DNA from: a virus
Lineage: Duplodnaviria > Caudoviricetes
Reading direction: 5' to 3' (one strand)
Length of the DNA: 64,000 nucleotides
Virus record (IMG/VR): IMGVR_UViG_3300024549_000205
Span: 1-64,000 of that record
Shown piece after piece: positions 37,823-47,027 of the stretch. The first letter of the stretch is position 1. Every line of letters starts with the position of its first letter. The position numbers and the translations under genes are program-made. The notes beneath the pieces are model-generated. The model worked only from the letters and a program-made list of their open reading frames with translations. It made no database searches and was not told the DNA's origin.

Positions 37823-40800
37823 AATTTTTGAAAGCTTTTAGTATTGAACTGTTCTTACCATCTTTTTTAATAGATTTTCCATTCTTACCAATGCTTTCTA
37901 TTTCTTCAACATCCTCTTCTCTTGAGTCTTTGCTACCAGCTCTCACTCCTACAATGTTTCCATATCTATCATATGTAAATTCTTTTCCTTCAGCTAATCC
38001 TCCTCTACTAGATGATTTACTTCCTCCTCCTATAGTAGTGTCAAAGAAATGTAACCCATAATTTTGAGCTCTACCATCTTGACCAAATCTAAAGTTAGGA
38101 TACATATTCTCATAGATACTAAGTTTTCTATTCTCAAGTGCATTTTTAGCATACTTATCAGATACAGAATTGAGAGCTGCTTGTGACGTAGCTTTAGTAT
38201 TACTCTTAGCTTGTTCTTGTCTTTGATATTGTTGATCATAGATTGCCAAGTTCTTTAACTCTGCATCATTCAATGTATTAATGTTTCCAGAATACACTTG
38301 ATCTTTCATGGCTTGATTCATTCTAAACTGATCAGCTAACACTTTTGATTTAGCACCATATGTTTGTGCAGCAAGATTAGACTGAGCAGCAGGATTATAT
38401 CCCATCATTCTTTGAGCACTTCTTTGATCAGCAGTTATTTCATTCAATTGATCTTGTAATGATATATCATAAGGAACTCTTAATTGTGGAGTGTATGGTG
38501 TTGCTTGTACAGGTTCTAATTGATTACTTGACATAGCATACATCTCTCCCATCAATTGATTAGGAGAAAGTCCTTGTTGATCTGTAGGTGTAAGAAATCT
38601 CAAACCTTGATTAATAAGTCCCCAAGGAAACTGAACTTTCTCTTCTTCCATAGGAGTGTACTCTGGTTCTTCAACATTTGCTGTTAATTGTTCTTCAGTG
38701 ACTATAGGTTCTGTTTTTTTAGATTCATCTATTCTTGCAGTTACAGTTTGTTCTCCAAATGCTCCATCCTCATCTATCTTTGCTGTTGATCCCATTGATT
38801 TAGCTCTAGCATTAAATGCTCTTTGGAAATTCAATACATCTATTTTATTCTTAGGATCAAATGTACTCCAACCTGGATACCAAGCATTAGCTTTCTTAGC
38901 TTCTTCAAATTGTTGTGGTGTCACTTTACCCCATGTTCCTAATGCACTTTGTTTTTGACCTGCAGGAACATATCCAAGAGCATCTGCAGATTTAGTTTCT
39001 TCATCTTTAGTAGAATATTTTTTAATGGTTCTGTAATATTTACCATCATCACCTTTACGATATCCTGCAGCAGCAGCTTCTCTTTCAGATTTAAAAGTTT
39101 TTCCTTTATCTCCATTTTGAGCTTTCTTAAAAATATCACCACCCCACTTAGCATTCATTGTAACAGGATCTTTGTCAAGTTTAATGTATCCTTTAGCAAG
39201 ATCTTCAGCACTAATGTTTTGTCCAAAGTTTTCAGACATTTCTTCTTTAGCATCATTAATTGAGTTTTGAAAGTTGGCTAATGTTATTTTTGTATTAGCT
39301 ATATTTTTAAGATTAAACTTAGCTCCTTCAATGTTAGCTTGCAATCCTGCAAGTTTTGCTTTATCAATAGATGTTTCTACTTTGAATGAATTTAAAATGT
39401 CCGTATTCTTAGAAATAATTTTATTCTGTTTAACTTCTTGTTTAGAAAGATCTATTCCAACGTTTTTAAATTTCTTTCCATGATACATATTTGCTATCTT
39501 CATAAGTTCTGGATCATTAAGTTCTCCTGCTACTTTTTTATTTATTTGCATATTACCAAATACTACACCAGTGTTTTCTGGTTCTCCTGTTTCTGGATTT
39601 ATATTTCCTCCAGATTGCATTTCAAACATAGGTTCTCCTCTTTCCACTTCTACAGGATTCTCACCATATGTAATACCAATACCAGTGTTACCTTTTCCAT
39701 CAGAGTCAGTATGAGATTGTCCTCTAAATACTACTGTTTCACCAGATCCTGGCATATAAGGATTATGAGACATAGGTTCAGCATATCCACCCCAATGCGT
39801 TTGAAGTTCACCACCCATATTATAAGTTTGCATAGCTCTTTCACTAGGTTCTCTATAAGCTTTTAAATGTCCACCAGCTCTGAATTCATCTTTATGTGCA
39901 AAATCAGCAAAGTCTTGATCATTAACATCTCCAAACATTGTGATCACTTGTGGATTGTATTCAGGATTCATGTATCCACCATTTCTCATATAAGATCCAT
40001 ATTGTGAATGAACAGAATCTTTGAATTGAGAAGCCATGATTCTATCCATATTATTTTTAGTTCTTGCTTCAGCTTTTCTTTGATCTCTATCGTTTGTATC
40101 AAGTAATCCACCAGCAAGTGTACCTACAGTTTGACCAATTGCTTGTCCTGCTGGACCACCAATAGCCATACCAGCAGCACCACCAATAGCACCACCAATT
40201 TGTCCACCACCATCATTTCCTGTCATATTACCAGCAAGACTAGAACCCATTCCTCCAATTGCTCCCCATGGAGTTCCTCCTCCACCCATTGAAGACATCA
40301 TACTAGATGGATCAAACATTTCTGCTCCACCTGCTGCTTTAGGAAGGTATCCTCCCATTCTATATGATTTAACTTGGTTTACATTATATAATGGTTCATA
40401 TTCAAGATCTGAATAAATATCATTTCCTCCTTCATATGTATTTTGTATCTCTGTTGGGTTACCACCAACCATTCCTCCTTCTTGTAACCTAACACCATTT
40501 CTAGCAAGAACATTTGTTCCTACACCATATATAGGAAAGAATTCTTCACCTGTCATTTCAGGCATCATTGCATTTGCTTTCTTTCTTGCATTCTCAGTGT
40601 ATTGTCTTAAGTCATCAACATCTGTAGATTCAGCTGCTCTTGCTTGAACATCTGTAACATTTGCCCATTTCTGTGCTTCTTTTTTAGCTCTTCTACCTGC
40701 TCTTAAATTTTGATAACCAGAAATAAGTTCTCCAGCTGGTCCAGCATACTTAGCAACTTGATTTCCAATGTTATTCATTTTTTCAACATTAGTGTTAGGC

Positions 40801-41120
40801 CCTCCAGGAGAAGCATATCCAGATTTATCATCTGCTAACGTAGAAGCATTAATTGTAGACAAATCACTAAACATTCCAGCATTTACACCAGGAGATTGCA
40901 TTTGTCCTTGTATAACATTTTGCATATTAGGAATATTCTGAGCTCCTTGCATTCCTTGCAAATAAGAACTCATGCCTGACATCACTGCTCCTTGTTGTGC
41001 TTTCTTTACCATTTTCTTAGCTTCTGGATGAGCTTTGAAGAATGCTGCTTCAGTTGGATATTTTTTGTAAAATGCTTTATCAGATTTTACACCTGCTAGT
41101 TTTAAGAATTCTGCTTTCAT
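37818..41120 (-). CDS. Virion cargo/ejection protein with glycine zipper and peptidoglycan-binding-like motif
   Basis: GGAIGGAAGMAIGGPAGQAIGQTVGTLAGGLL; GQSH...G...VEVERGE; VLNFQRAFN...EDGAFGEQT; ~12 xxxGG/AQxG motifs. Confidence 0.7.
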   Translation of the reverse strand: MKAEFLKLAGVKSDKAFYKKYPTEAAFFKAHPEAKKMVKKAQQGAVMSGMSSYLQGMQGAQNIPNMQNVIQGQMQSPGVNAGMFSDLSTINASTLADDKSGYASPGGPNTNVEKMNNIGNQVAKYAGPAGELISGYQNLRAGRRAKKEAQKWANVTDVQARAAESTDVDDLRQYTENARKKANAMMPEMTGEEFFPIYGVGTNVLARNGVRLQEGGMVGGNPTEIQNTYEGGNDIYSDLEYEPLYNVNQVKSYRMGGYLPKAAGGAEMFDPSSMMSSMGGGGTPWGAIGGMGSSLAGNMTGNDGGGQIGGAIGGAAGMAIGGPAGQAIGQTVGTLAGGLLDTNDRDQRKAEARTKNNMDRIMASQFKDSVHSQYGSYMRNGGYMNPEYNPQVITMFGDVNDQDFADFAHKDEFRAGGHLKAYREPSERAMQTYNMGGELQTHWGGYAEPMSHNPYMPGSGETVVFRGQSHTDSDGKGNTGIGITYGENPVEVERGEPMFEMQSGGNINPETGEPENTGVVFGNMQINKKVAGELNDPELMKIANMYHGKKFKNVGIDLSKQEVKQNKIISKNTDILNSFKVETSIDKAKLAGLQANIEGAKFNLKNIANTKITLANFQNSINDAKEEMSENFGQNISAEDLAKGYIKLDKDPVTMNAKWGGDIFKKAQNGDKGKTFKSEREAAAAGYRKGDDGKYYRTIKKYSTKDEETKSADALGYVPAGQKQSALGTWGKVTPQQFEEAKKANAWYPGWSTFDPKNKIDVLNFQRAFNARAKSMGSTAKIDEDGAFGEQTVTARIDESKKTEPIVTEEQLTANVEEPEYTPMEEEKVQFPWGLINQGLRFLTPTDQQGLSPNQLMGEMYAMSSNQLEPVQATPYTPQLRVPYDISLQDQLNEITADQRSAQRMMGYNPAAQSNLAAQTYGAKSKVLADQFRMNQAMKDQVYSGNINTLNDAELKNLAIYDQQYQRQEQAKSNTKATSQAALNSVSDKYAKNALENRKLSIYENMYPNFRFGQDGRAQNYGLHFFDTTIGGGSKSSSRGGLAEGKEFTYDRYGNIVGVRAGSKDSREEDVEEIESIGKNGKSIKKDGKNSSILKAFKNL

Positions 41121-41124
41121 AATA

Positions 41125-44100
41125 TTATTGGTATTTGTCCATCCAGCCTCCTGGTTGTTTTGTATTATAGTTTGTAAAATTAGTTAATTGGTTTAACTTA
41201 ACCAACTGATTTCCATCTTTTGCTTTGGTGATGGTTCCTCCATTTTCTTTTTTACCCATAAACCAATCATAAGATTTATCTAAGAAAGGTCTATCTTCAC
41301 GTTGTTGTTGTATACTATCTTCTTTCCTTTCATACTCTTTTCTTTCTTCCTTTGTCATTTTTTTTATCATTTCATCCTGAAACTTTTTATATTGTATTTC
41401 ACTACGAGACTGAAGCTCACTATGTCCTAAACCTATCCCAACTAATGTAGAAGCACCAGTACCAATAAGTCCAGCAGTCTTCATATTTTCTGCAAGTTTA
41501 TTTAAATGAACTTTTCTATCAAACAAATCTCTTCTCATCTGAGCAATCTGATCTGATTCCTTATTTATCTTTTCTCTGAATTGATTAAGTTTTTCTATCT
41601 CTTCCTTGTATTTTTTATTATAAGCTTTATCTGATAAAGCTTCTATATCCTCAGATATTTTTCTTCTTTGTTTACTTAATTCATCAAGACGCAATTTAGC
41701 TCGGTCTATACCACCTTCCACATATCCTTTAATAGCGTTAAACTGTTTTGGTAAAAGCTCTAAGTCACGAGAGATAGTTGGTTGGGCACTTGTTGCATAT
41801 GCAGCTGCATCAGCTCTTTGTCTAAAAGATTTTAATGCATTTTTTGAATCTGATAATTGATATTGCATAGCATCTATAGCTTCATCAAAATCTCTAAGTG
41901 TAGATGCATATGTAGAATTACCATATCGACTATCTTTCTTTACTATAGTTCTATTAGTTCTTTTTCCAAATTCATATAAAGCTTTTTTACCTTCATCACT
42001 GTATGGTAGGTTTTCAATTAATTGTGATGTATTTTCACTTCCTCCAGCTAAGTGTCTCTGTTGATCATTGAACTTCATTTCATTGATGATATCAGACAAT
42101 ATAGTTCTTTCTTCTTGACTAAAAAGTTTTTCTCCAGATGTTTGATGTTCAATAGAATTAATATATGACATTGGATCTGATGTATTCAAATCCATACCAA
42201 GCTGTTTCATAGAAATAATATTACCATCTCCATGGAAAGGATGTCCAAGCATTACATGATTTTGTCCTATACCATTAACAGCTCCACCACCAGCACCAGG
42301 ATAATATTCTTTAATAGCTGCTTCTATTTTATTAATCTTTCCTGGATCTACTTGTCTAGCTAATATAGAGTTGTTCATATAGTAGTCATTTATAGCAAGT
42401 TGCATTCTTTCTGCATCAGCTGCTACTAATGATTTATTACCAATGAAATCAATCTTATTTAATATCTCAGCATTTTTTTCAGCATTAGATAACTGTTCTA
42501 ATGGAAACTGATGTCCAATAGATCCTTTACTGCCTACTAAAGATTTAACAAACTGTTGCTGTCCCTCTGCTACAACATTTGGTTTACCATAATTAATTAA
42601 AGCGTCTATCTTATTTATATGTTTATCCTTAGAAGATTCATAAGCATCAACAACTGATTTAGTAGTAGGATTAGTCATATCTACTAGTTCTTGTGATGAG
42701 TAAGGAATTTTTATTTCAGACTTAGATTTTATTGCTTTCTTAGCTGCTGCATAATATTCATCTGGAGATACTTGTTTAAATAATTCTATAGCTCTTGTAC
42801 CTATAGCTTTACCACCTTTTTCTTGAATAACATTTATATCAATTGGTTCAACTCCTTTGGCTGCTCCAGGAATATTATGAAGTTCAGCAAATCCATTATT
42901 CCCTACTGAAGGATTAGCTTTAGCAAATTTATCATATTGTGTCTGACTCATAAGAACATCATAATCACCAACTATATGAGGAACTTCTGCTTCAGCAACA
43001 TTCTTAGCACTACCAAACACTTTAGCTCCAGGAATTTGAGTTTCTACAAAATCAATATTCTTTTTAACAGTGGCACTATATTCTGGACTAGCTTGAGGAA
43101 GAGTTGCGTTATCTATAGTTTTTATAACTTTATCTCCTTCTAACGTATGAATAATTCTTTCACCAGGAACAGATGTAGATATAGGAAACTTTTCTCCTGT
43201 TGATAAATCCATGATATCTGTACTACCTGTTCTTAATCCTAAAGATGTATTTTTTCCACTTTGAACAAGACCATCATCATTCACTTTAAACTGTTCTGCA
43301 ACATTTATTCTTTTGTTAAGTTTATCTATCTTATCGTTCATTTGGTTAATTTCAGAAAGAGATGCTCTATTTTTTATATTACTAAGCTTGTTTTCTATTG
43401 CGTATCTCTTTTGACGAAGTGCAAGGCTTTCATTTGAAAAATCTGAGTATTCTTTACTTTGATAAAGAGCAGATTCAGCATCATTAATAGCATCAATTTT
43501 AGGTTGTATAGTTTTTTGCTCACCTGATATTACAGCACTCATATCCTTAGCTAGAGTTCTAGCTTTATCAAGACGAGGTGCAGCAAACTGACTAGTTTTA
43601 ACTAAAGCTTGTTGCATTCCTTTTTGTAAAGGATTTTTTAAAATTGACATTCCCATTAATGTTTCTGGATCTGTTAAAGCATCAACAGCAAAAGCTGCAT
43701 ATGGATTTTCTACTCCCCATGTCTCAGAAGGAATTCTTTGAGTAGAAGGGTCCAATGCGTTCAACATATTAAAATCATTTCCTCTAAGAGCTTCCACTCC
43801 TTCTACTAACGCAGATTGAGGAGCTTGTAATCCTGCAAGAGGAAGATCTCTCATCCATCCATATGCAAAATCAGCAGCTTTATCAGCATTGAATCCTACA
43901 TTATCTTGAGCTTTACTTCTTATTTGTCTACCTATTGGAGAATCACTATTAAAGTGTTCTTTCTCTTCATCTGATAGTTCTTGATAAAAAGGATATTGGT
44001 TATCATAAGGAGTGACAACCACTTCATTAAATGGATTGAAAGAAATACTTTCATCATCATTTTGTACACCTATTCTTCCTTCATCATATAGTTTAGCATA

Positions 44101-46161
44101 TTCAGAAGAATCTGTTAATATCTTTCTTTTTTTTCCTTCTCCTTCATCTACTGTAATTTCTACACCTTCTTGTGCTATGGGATATTCTGTCACCTTAGTG
44201 CCACTAAGTTTATATTTACCACCTGGCATCATAAGTTTGACATCTCCTGTATCTGATACAGCAAGTATGTTTTGAGTTATAGGTTTTCCTGTTTTTGGAT
44301 CTGGTCCCATGTCTATATATGAACCTTTTTTACTTTGATCTATTTCTGTTATCTCTCCTGGATGAGCCCATTGTCCTCTATCATCTTTAATAACTTTTCC
44401 ACTCTTAGCACTAGCCATTGTTTTCTTTGCATAAGGACCATTGCTTGGAGCAGGATTGTTTGTACGTGCATATGAGAAACCTACAGCTCCTGGAATAGAA
44501 CCACCCATTTGATATTCAGGAATAAGTTCAGTATCATAAACCGTTTCAGCACCAAGTGTTCCTAATAGAGCTCTGTTTGCTAATAAGTTTTGATTACTCA
44601 TACCTTTAACTTTAATAAAAGGTTCTATATAATCTACTCTAGGAACATTCATTTGCATAGACAAAGATGCATTACTAGGTAAATTAGCTTGTGGACTAAG
44701 TGGATATAAAGGTTGTCCTGGTTGTAAATATTTTGAATTTCTTCTAAATGTTTGAGAACCTAATCCAAAAGGTAATGCTAAACTAGCAGCATTTATTGCA
44801 GCAGAAACATAATCTTCTTCAGACAAAGCATCATATGTTTGATAAGCATCTATTAAACCTCCAGCAACGTTTCCTATTTTTCCTATTGCTTGAGCATATG
44901 GATTAGGAGCAAAGTTACCTAATTGCATTACATCTGTTGTAACATCAAGAGGTTTTAATATTTTCTTTTTTGCTTCAGCTTGTTTTTGTTTATTTTCAAT
45001 AACTACCTGAGTTCCACTTCTAGGTTTACCTCCTTGAACAATTTCAGGTTGTTGTTTAGATTGATGAGGTTTGTAAACTCCTTTATCATCTTTGATTACA
45101 ACTTCACCTTTTGAATTTACATGAACGTTGGTTCCAGGAAGTTTTTTAATTATATTTTTTGTAGAAGGAGCTAGTCTATCTTTTTTTACAGCAGTAGACT
45201 CTGTTACTGTTTTTCCTCCTTGTGCTTCAGGAACATAATTAACTGGATATACAGATCCACCCATTTGATATTGAGGTGTAAACTTTGGATTATTTGGATT
45301 AAATGGTAGAAAATCATTAGTATTCCAAATACGTCCATACCAAGTATCATTATAATCACTACTAGGAACTCCAGGAGTAGGATTGTTTATATTTTTATAA
45401 TACCAATCTCTTCCTTTATTCATTAAAAGTCTTCTCTTATTTTCAGAAAGTTTTCCTATTGTACTGGCATACTCTTGATCAAATGAATATGCTGGATTTT
45501 TTCTACCTGCCCATTTACCTTCTTTATCCAATTTAGATGGATCATATTGTCTGTAGTATTCTTGTAACGCAAATGCTCTAGGATCTTTAGTTATTTTATT
45601 ATTAACTTTATCCCACCCAGCATTGAAAATAAAATCCATTGCCTCACTCATTTCCATTGCACTTGCTTTAGGCAATATCTTTTTTACTTCAGGATGTATG
45701 TTATTCATTAACATATCCTTATATTGAGGATCACTATAGTATGGCAATGGTGTGCCACCAGGACCACCTCTTAACTGTTCATATCGTAATATTTTATCAG
45801 CTTGATGTGCAACACTATCTCTAGAAGTCAGAGCTTTTGGTTTTTTTTTACCATTTTGAGCAATAGGAATAAGTCCACCATCTTCAAACTGCCCTCCCCA
45901 TGCAGGAGAATAATCTCTACCTTTGGTATTATATCCTTCACCTACATATCCTTCTGGTAAAGAAACAGAATTATCATTATAGTTCTCTTGGTGTTCTTGC
46001 ATAGATCCACCATCAGCATATGATTCTAACCAACCACCATTTTTCATGTTGTTAGAATTATCTCTACCACACTCATGACATACATACATGTCTTTCTTAC
46101 TAGAATCAGATTTGTTCCAGCTCCATCCGCATGTACATTTTACTTTACTACTACTACTCAT
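41125..46161 (-). CDS. Polyvalent virion cargo protein (Zn ribbon, lysozyme-like segment, nucleotidyltransferase-like domain, C-terminal hydrophobic helix)
   Basis: CTCGWSW...CHECG; MDFIFNAG; VFGS-x11-DYDVLM...PIDINV; modules delimited by AQxG and YQMGG/KENGG. Confidence 0.65.
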   Translation of the reverse strand: MSSSSKVKCTCGWSWNKSDSSKKDMYVCHECGRDNSNNMKNGGWLESYADGGSMQEHQENYNDNSVSLPEGYVGEGYNTKGRDYSPAWGGQFEDGGLIPIAQNGKKKPKALTSRDSVAHQADKILRYEQLRGGPGGTPLPYYSDPQYKDMLMNNIHPEVKKILPKASAMEMSEAMDFIFNAGWDKVNNKITKDPRAFALQEYYRQYDPSKLDKEGKWAGRKNPAYSFDQEYASTIGKLSENKRRLLMNKGRDWYYKNINNPTPGVPSSDYNDTWYGRIWNTNDFLPFNPNNPKFTPQYQMGGSVYPVNYVPEAQGGKTVTESTAVKKDRLAPSTKNIIKKLPGTNVHVNSKGEVVIKDDKGVYKPHQSKQQPEIVQGGKPRSGTQVVIENKQKQAEAKKKILKPLDVTTDVMQLGNFAPNPYAQAIGKIGNVAGGLIDAYQTYDALSEEDYVSAAINAASLALPFGLGSQTFRRNSKYLQPGQPLYPLSPQANLPSNASLSMQMNVPRVDYIEPFIKVKGMSNQNLLANRALLGTLGAETVYDTELIPEYQMGGSIPGAVGFSYARTNNPAPSNGPYAKKTMASAKSGKVIKDDRGQWAHPGEITEIDQSKKGSYIDMGPDPKTGKPITQNILAVSDTGDVKLMMPGGKYKLSGTKVTEYPIAQEGVEITVDEGEGKKRKILTDSSEYAKLYDEGRIGVQNDDESISFNPFNEVVVTPYDNQYPFYQELSDEEKEHFNSDSPIGRQIRSKAQDNVGFNADKAADFAYGWMRDLPLAGLQAPQSALVEGVEALRGNDFNMLNALDPSTQRIPSETWGVENPYAAFAVDALTDPETLMGMSILKNPLQKGMQQALVKTSQFAAPRLDKARTLAKDMSAVISGEQKTIQPKIDAINDAESALYQSKEYSDFSNESLALRQKRYAIENKLSNIKNRASLSEINQMNDKIDKLNKRINVAEQFKVNDDGLVQSGKNTSLGLRTGSTDIMDLSTGEKFPISTSVPGERIIHTLEGDKVIKTIDNATLPQASPEYSATVKKNIDFVETQIPGAKVFGSAKNVAEAEVPHIVGDYDVLMSQTQYDKFAKANPSVGNNGFAELHNIPGAAKGVEPIDINVIQEKGGKAIGTRAIELFKQVSPDEYYAAAKKAIKSKSEIKIPYSSQELVDMTNPTTKSVVDAYESSKDKHINKIDALINYGKPNVVAEGQQQFVKSLVGSKGSIGHQFPLEQLSNAEKNAEILNKIDFIGNKSLVAADAERMQLAINDYYMNNSILARQVDPGKINKIEAAIKEYYPGAGGGAVNGIGQNHVMLGHPFHGDGNIISMKQLGMDLNTSDPMSYINSIEHQTSGEKLFSQEERTILSDIINEMKFNDQQRHLAGGSENTSQLIENLPYSDEGKKALYEFGKRTNRTIVKKDSRYGNSTYASTLRDFDEAIDAMQYQLSDSKNALKSFRQRADAAAYATSAQPTISRDLELLPKQFNAIKGYVEGGIDRAKLRLDELSKQRRKISEDIEALSDKAYNKKYKEEIEKLNQFREKINKESDQIAQMRRDLFDRKVHLNKLAENMKTAGLIGTGASTLVGIGLGHSELQSRSEIQYKKFQDEMIKKMTKEERKEYERKEDSIQQQREDRPFLDKSYDWFMGKKENGGTITKAKDGNQLVKLNQLTNFTNYNTKQPGGWMDKYQ

Positions 46162-47027
46162 TATTTATAAGATATTTGTGCAGGTGTTAATATAAATTGA
46201 GACACCAAATGTACTGTTGATGAGTTATCAAGAATGTGTCTCACTTTCAATTCTTTTGCTCTTAATGTTGCTTTCTTAAAGCTTCTCAATCCATAATCCA
46301 TGTTCTCTTGATTCACTTCTTTATCTATTGACATAGACTCACATGATGATCTAAACAATGGAACCTGAGAACTCTTCTCTAAAGCCCAGAATGTATTATA
46401 CTGATAGAAGTTATCACTCTTTGTATAAGTGATTGTTTTACTGTCTGTATTGTATATTGGATATTGTCCATATGCTTGTAAGTTATGAAGTGGTTTTGCA
46501 ACAAGATTTAATATTCCAGAACTCTGTTGTCCATTATATAGAATAGCTTTATTAAACCATTTGTCGTTTGTTTCAATTTTTAAATTACTATCATATGCTT
46601 CATATGGATTTCTTATGTATTCATACGCTTTTGTATAGTCTTTAACGTTCTGTAATATCTCATCTTGGAATTGATAAGCAAATGGATATTCTATTACGTA
46701 TGGTTTTATACTTCCATAAAAATAATTATAGACTTGCGTGTTGGTTAAATGTTTCCACAAACAAGCAGTTTTAGTTTGCTTATATCCACTCTTAGAATAT
46801 TCTAAATAAGGAATTTCTCTTAATGGAAAGGTTTTTTCAAACCCACATTCTCCATTTGATACCAGTCTTATATTTGTCACTTCATTATCTACTAGATATG
46901 TCCTACCTCTAATTAACTGTTTTCTACTTACATTTTCATCTAGTAGATTATTATAATTATCGTAAACACTGAAAGGTCCTGTATTAGGACCTGTCTGTGT
47001 TATCTTTATTGTAATTTCTCTTTTCAT
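46161..47027 (-). CDS. C-terminal part of the tail muzzle/stabilization protein, fused to a small N-terminal decoration domain
   Basis: Likely start at 47027 (TAATG overlap with the upstream stop) rather than 47090; LWKH...YNYFYG...FNKAILYNGQQSSG...LRAKELKVR. Confidence 0.6.
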   Translation of the reverse strand: MKREITIKITQTGPNTGPFSVYDNYNNLLDENVSRKQLIRGRTYLVDNEVTNIRLVSNGECGFEKTFPLREIPYLEYSKSGYKQTKTACLWKHLTNTQVYNYFYGSIKPYVIEYPFAYQFQDEILQNVKDYTKAYEYIRNPYEAYDSNLKIETNDKWFNKAILYNGQQSSGILNLVAKPLHNLQAYGQYPIYNTDSKTITYTKSDNFYQYNTFWALEKSSQVPLFRSSCESMSIDKEVNQENMDYGLRSFKKATLRAKELKVRHILDNSSTVHLVSQFILTPAQISYK

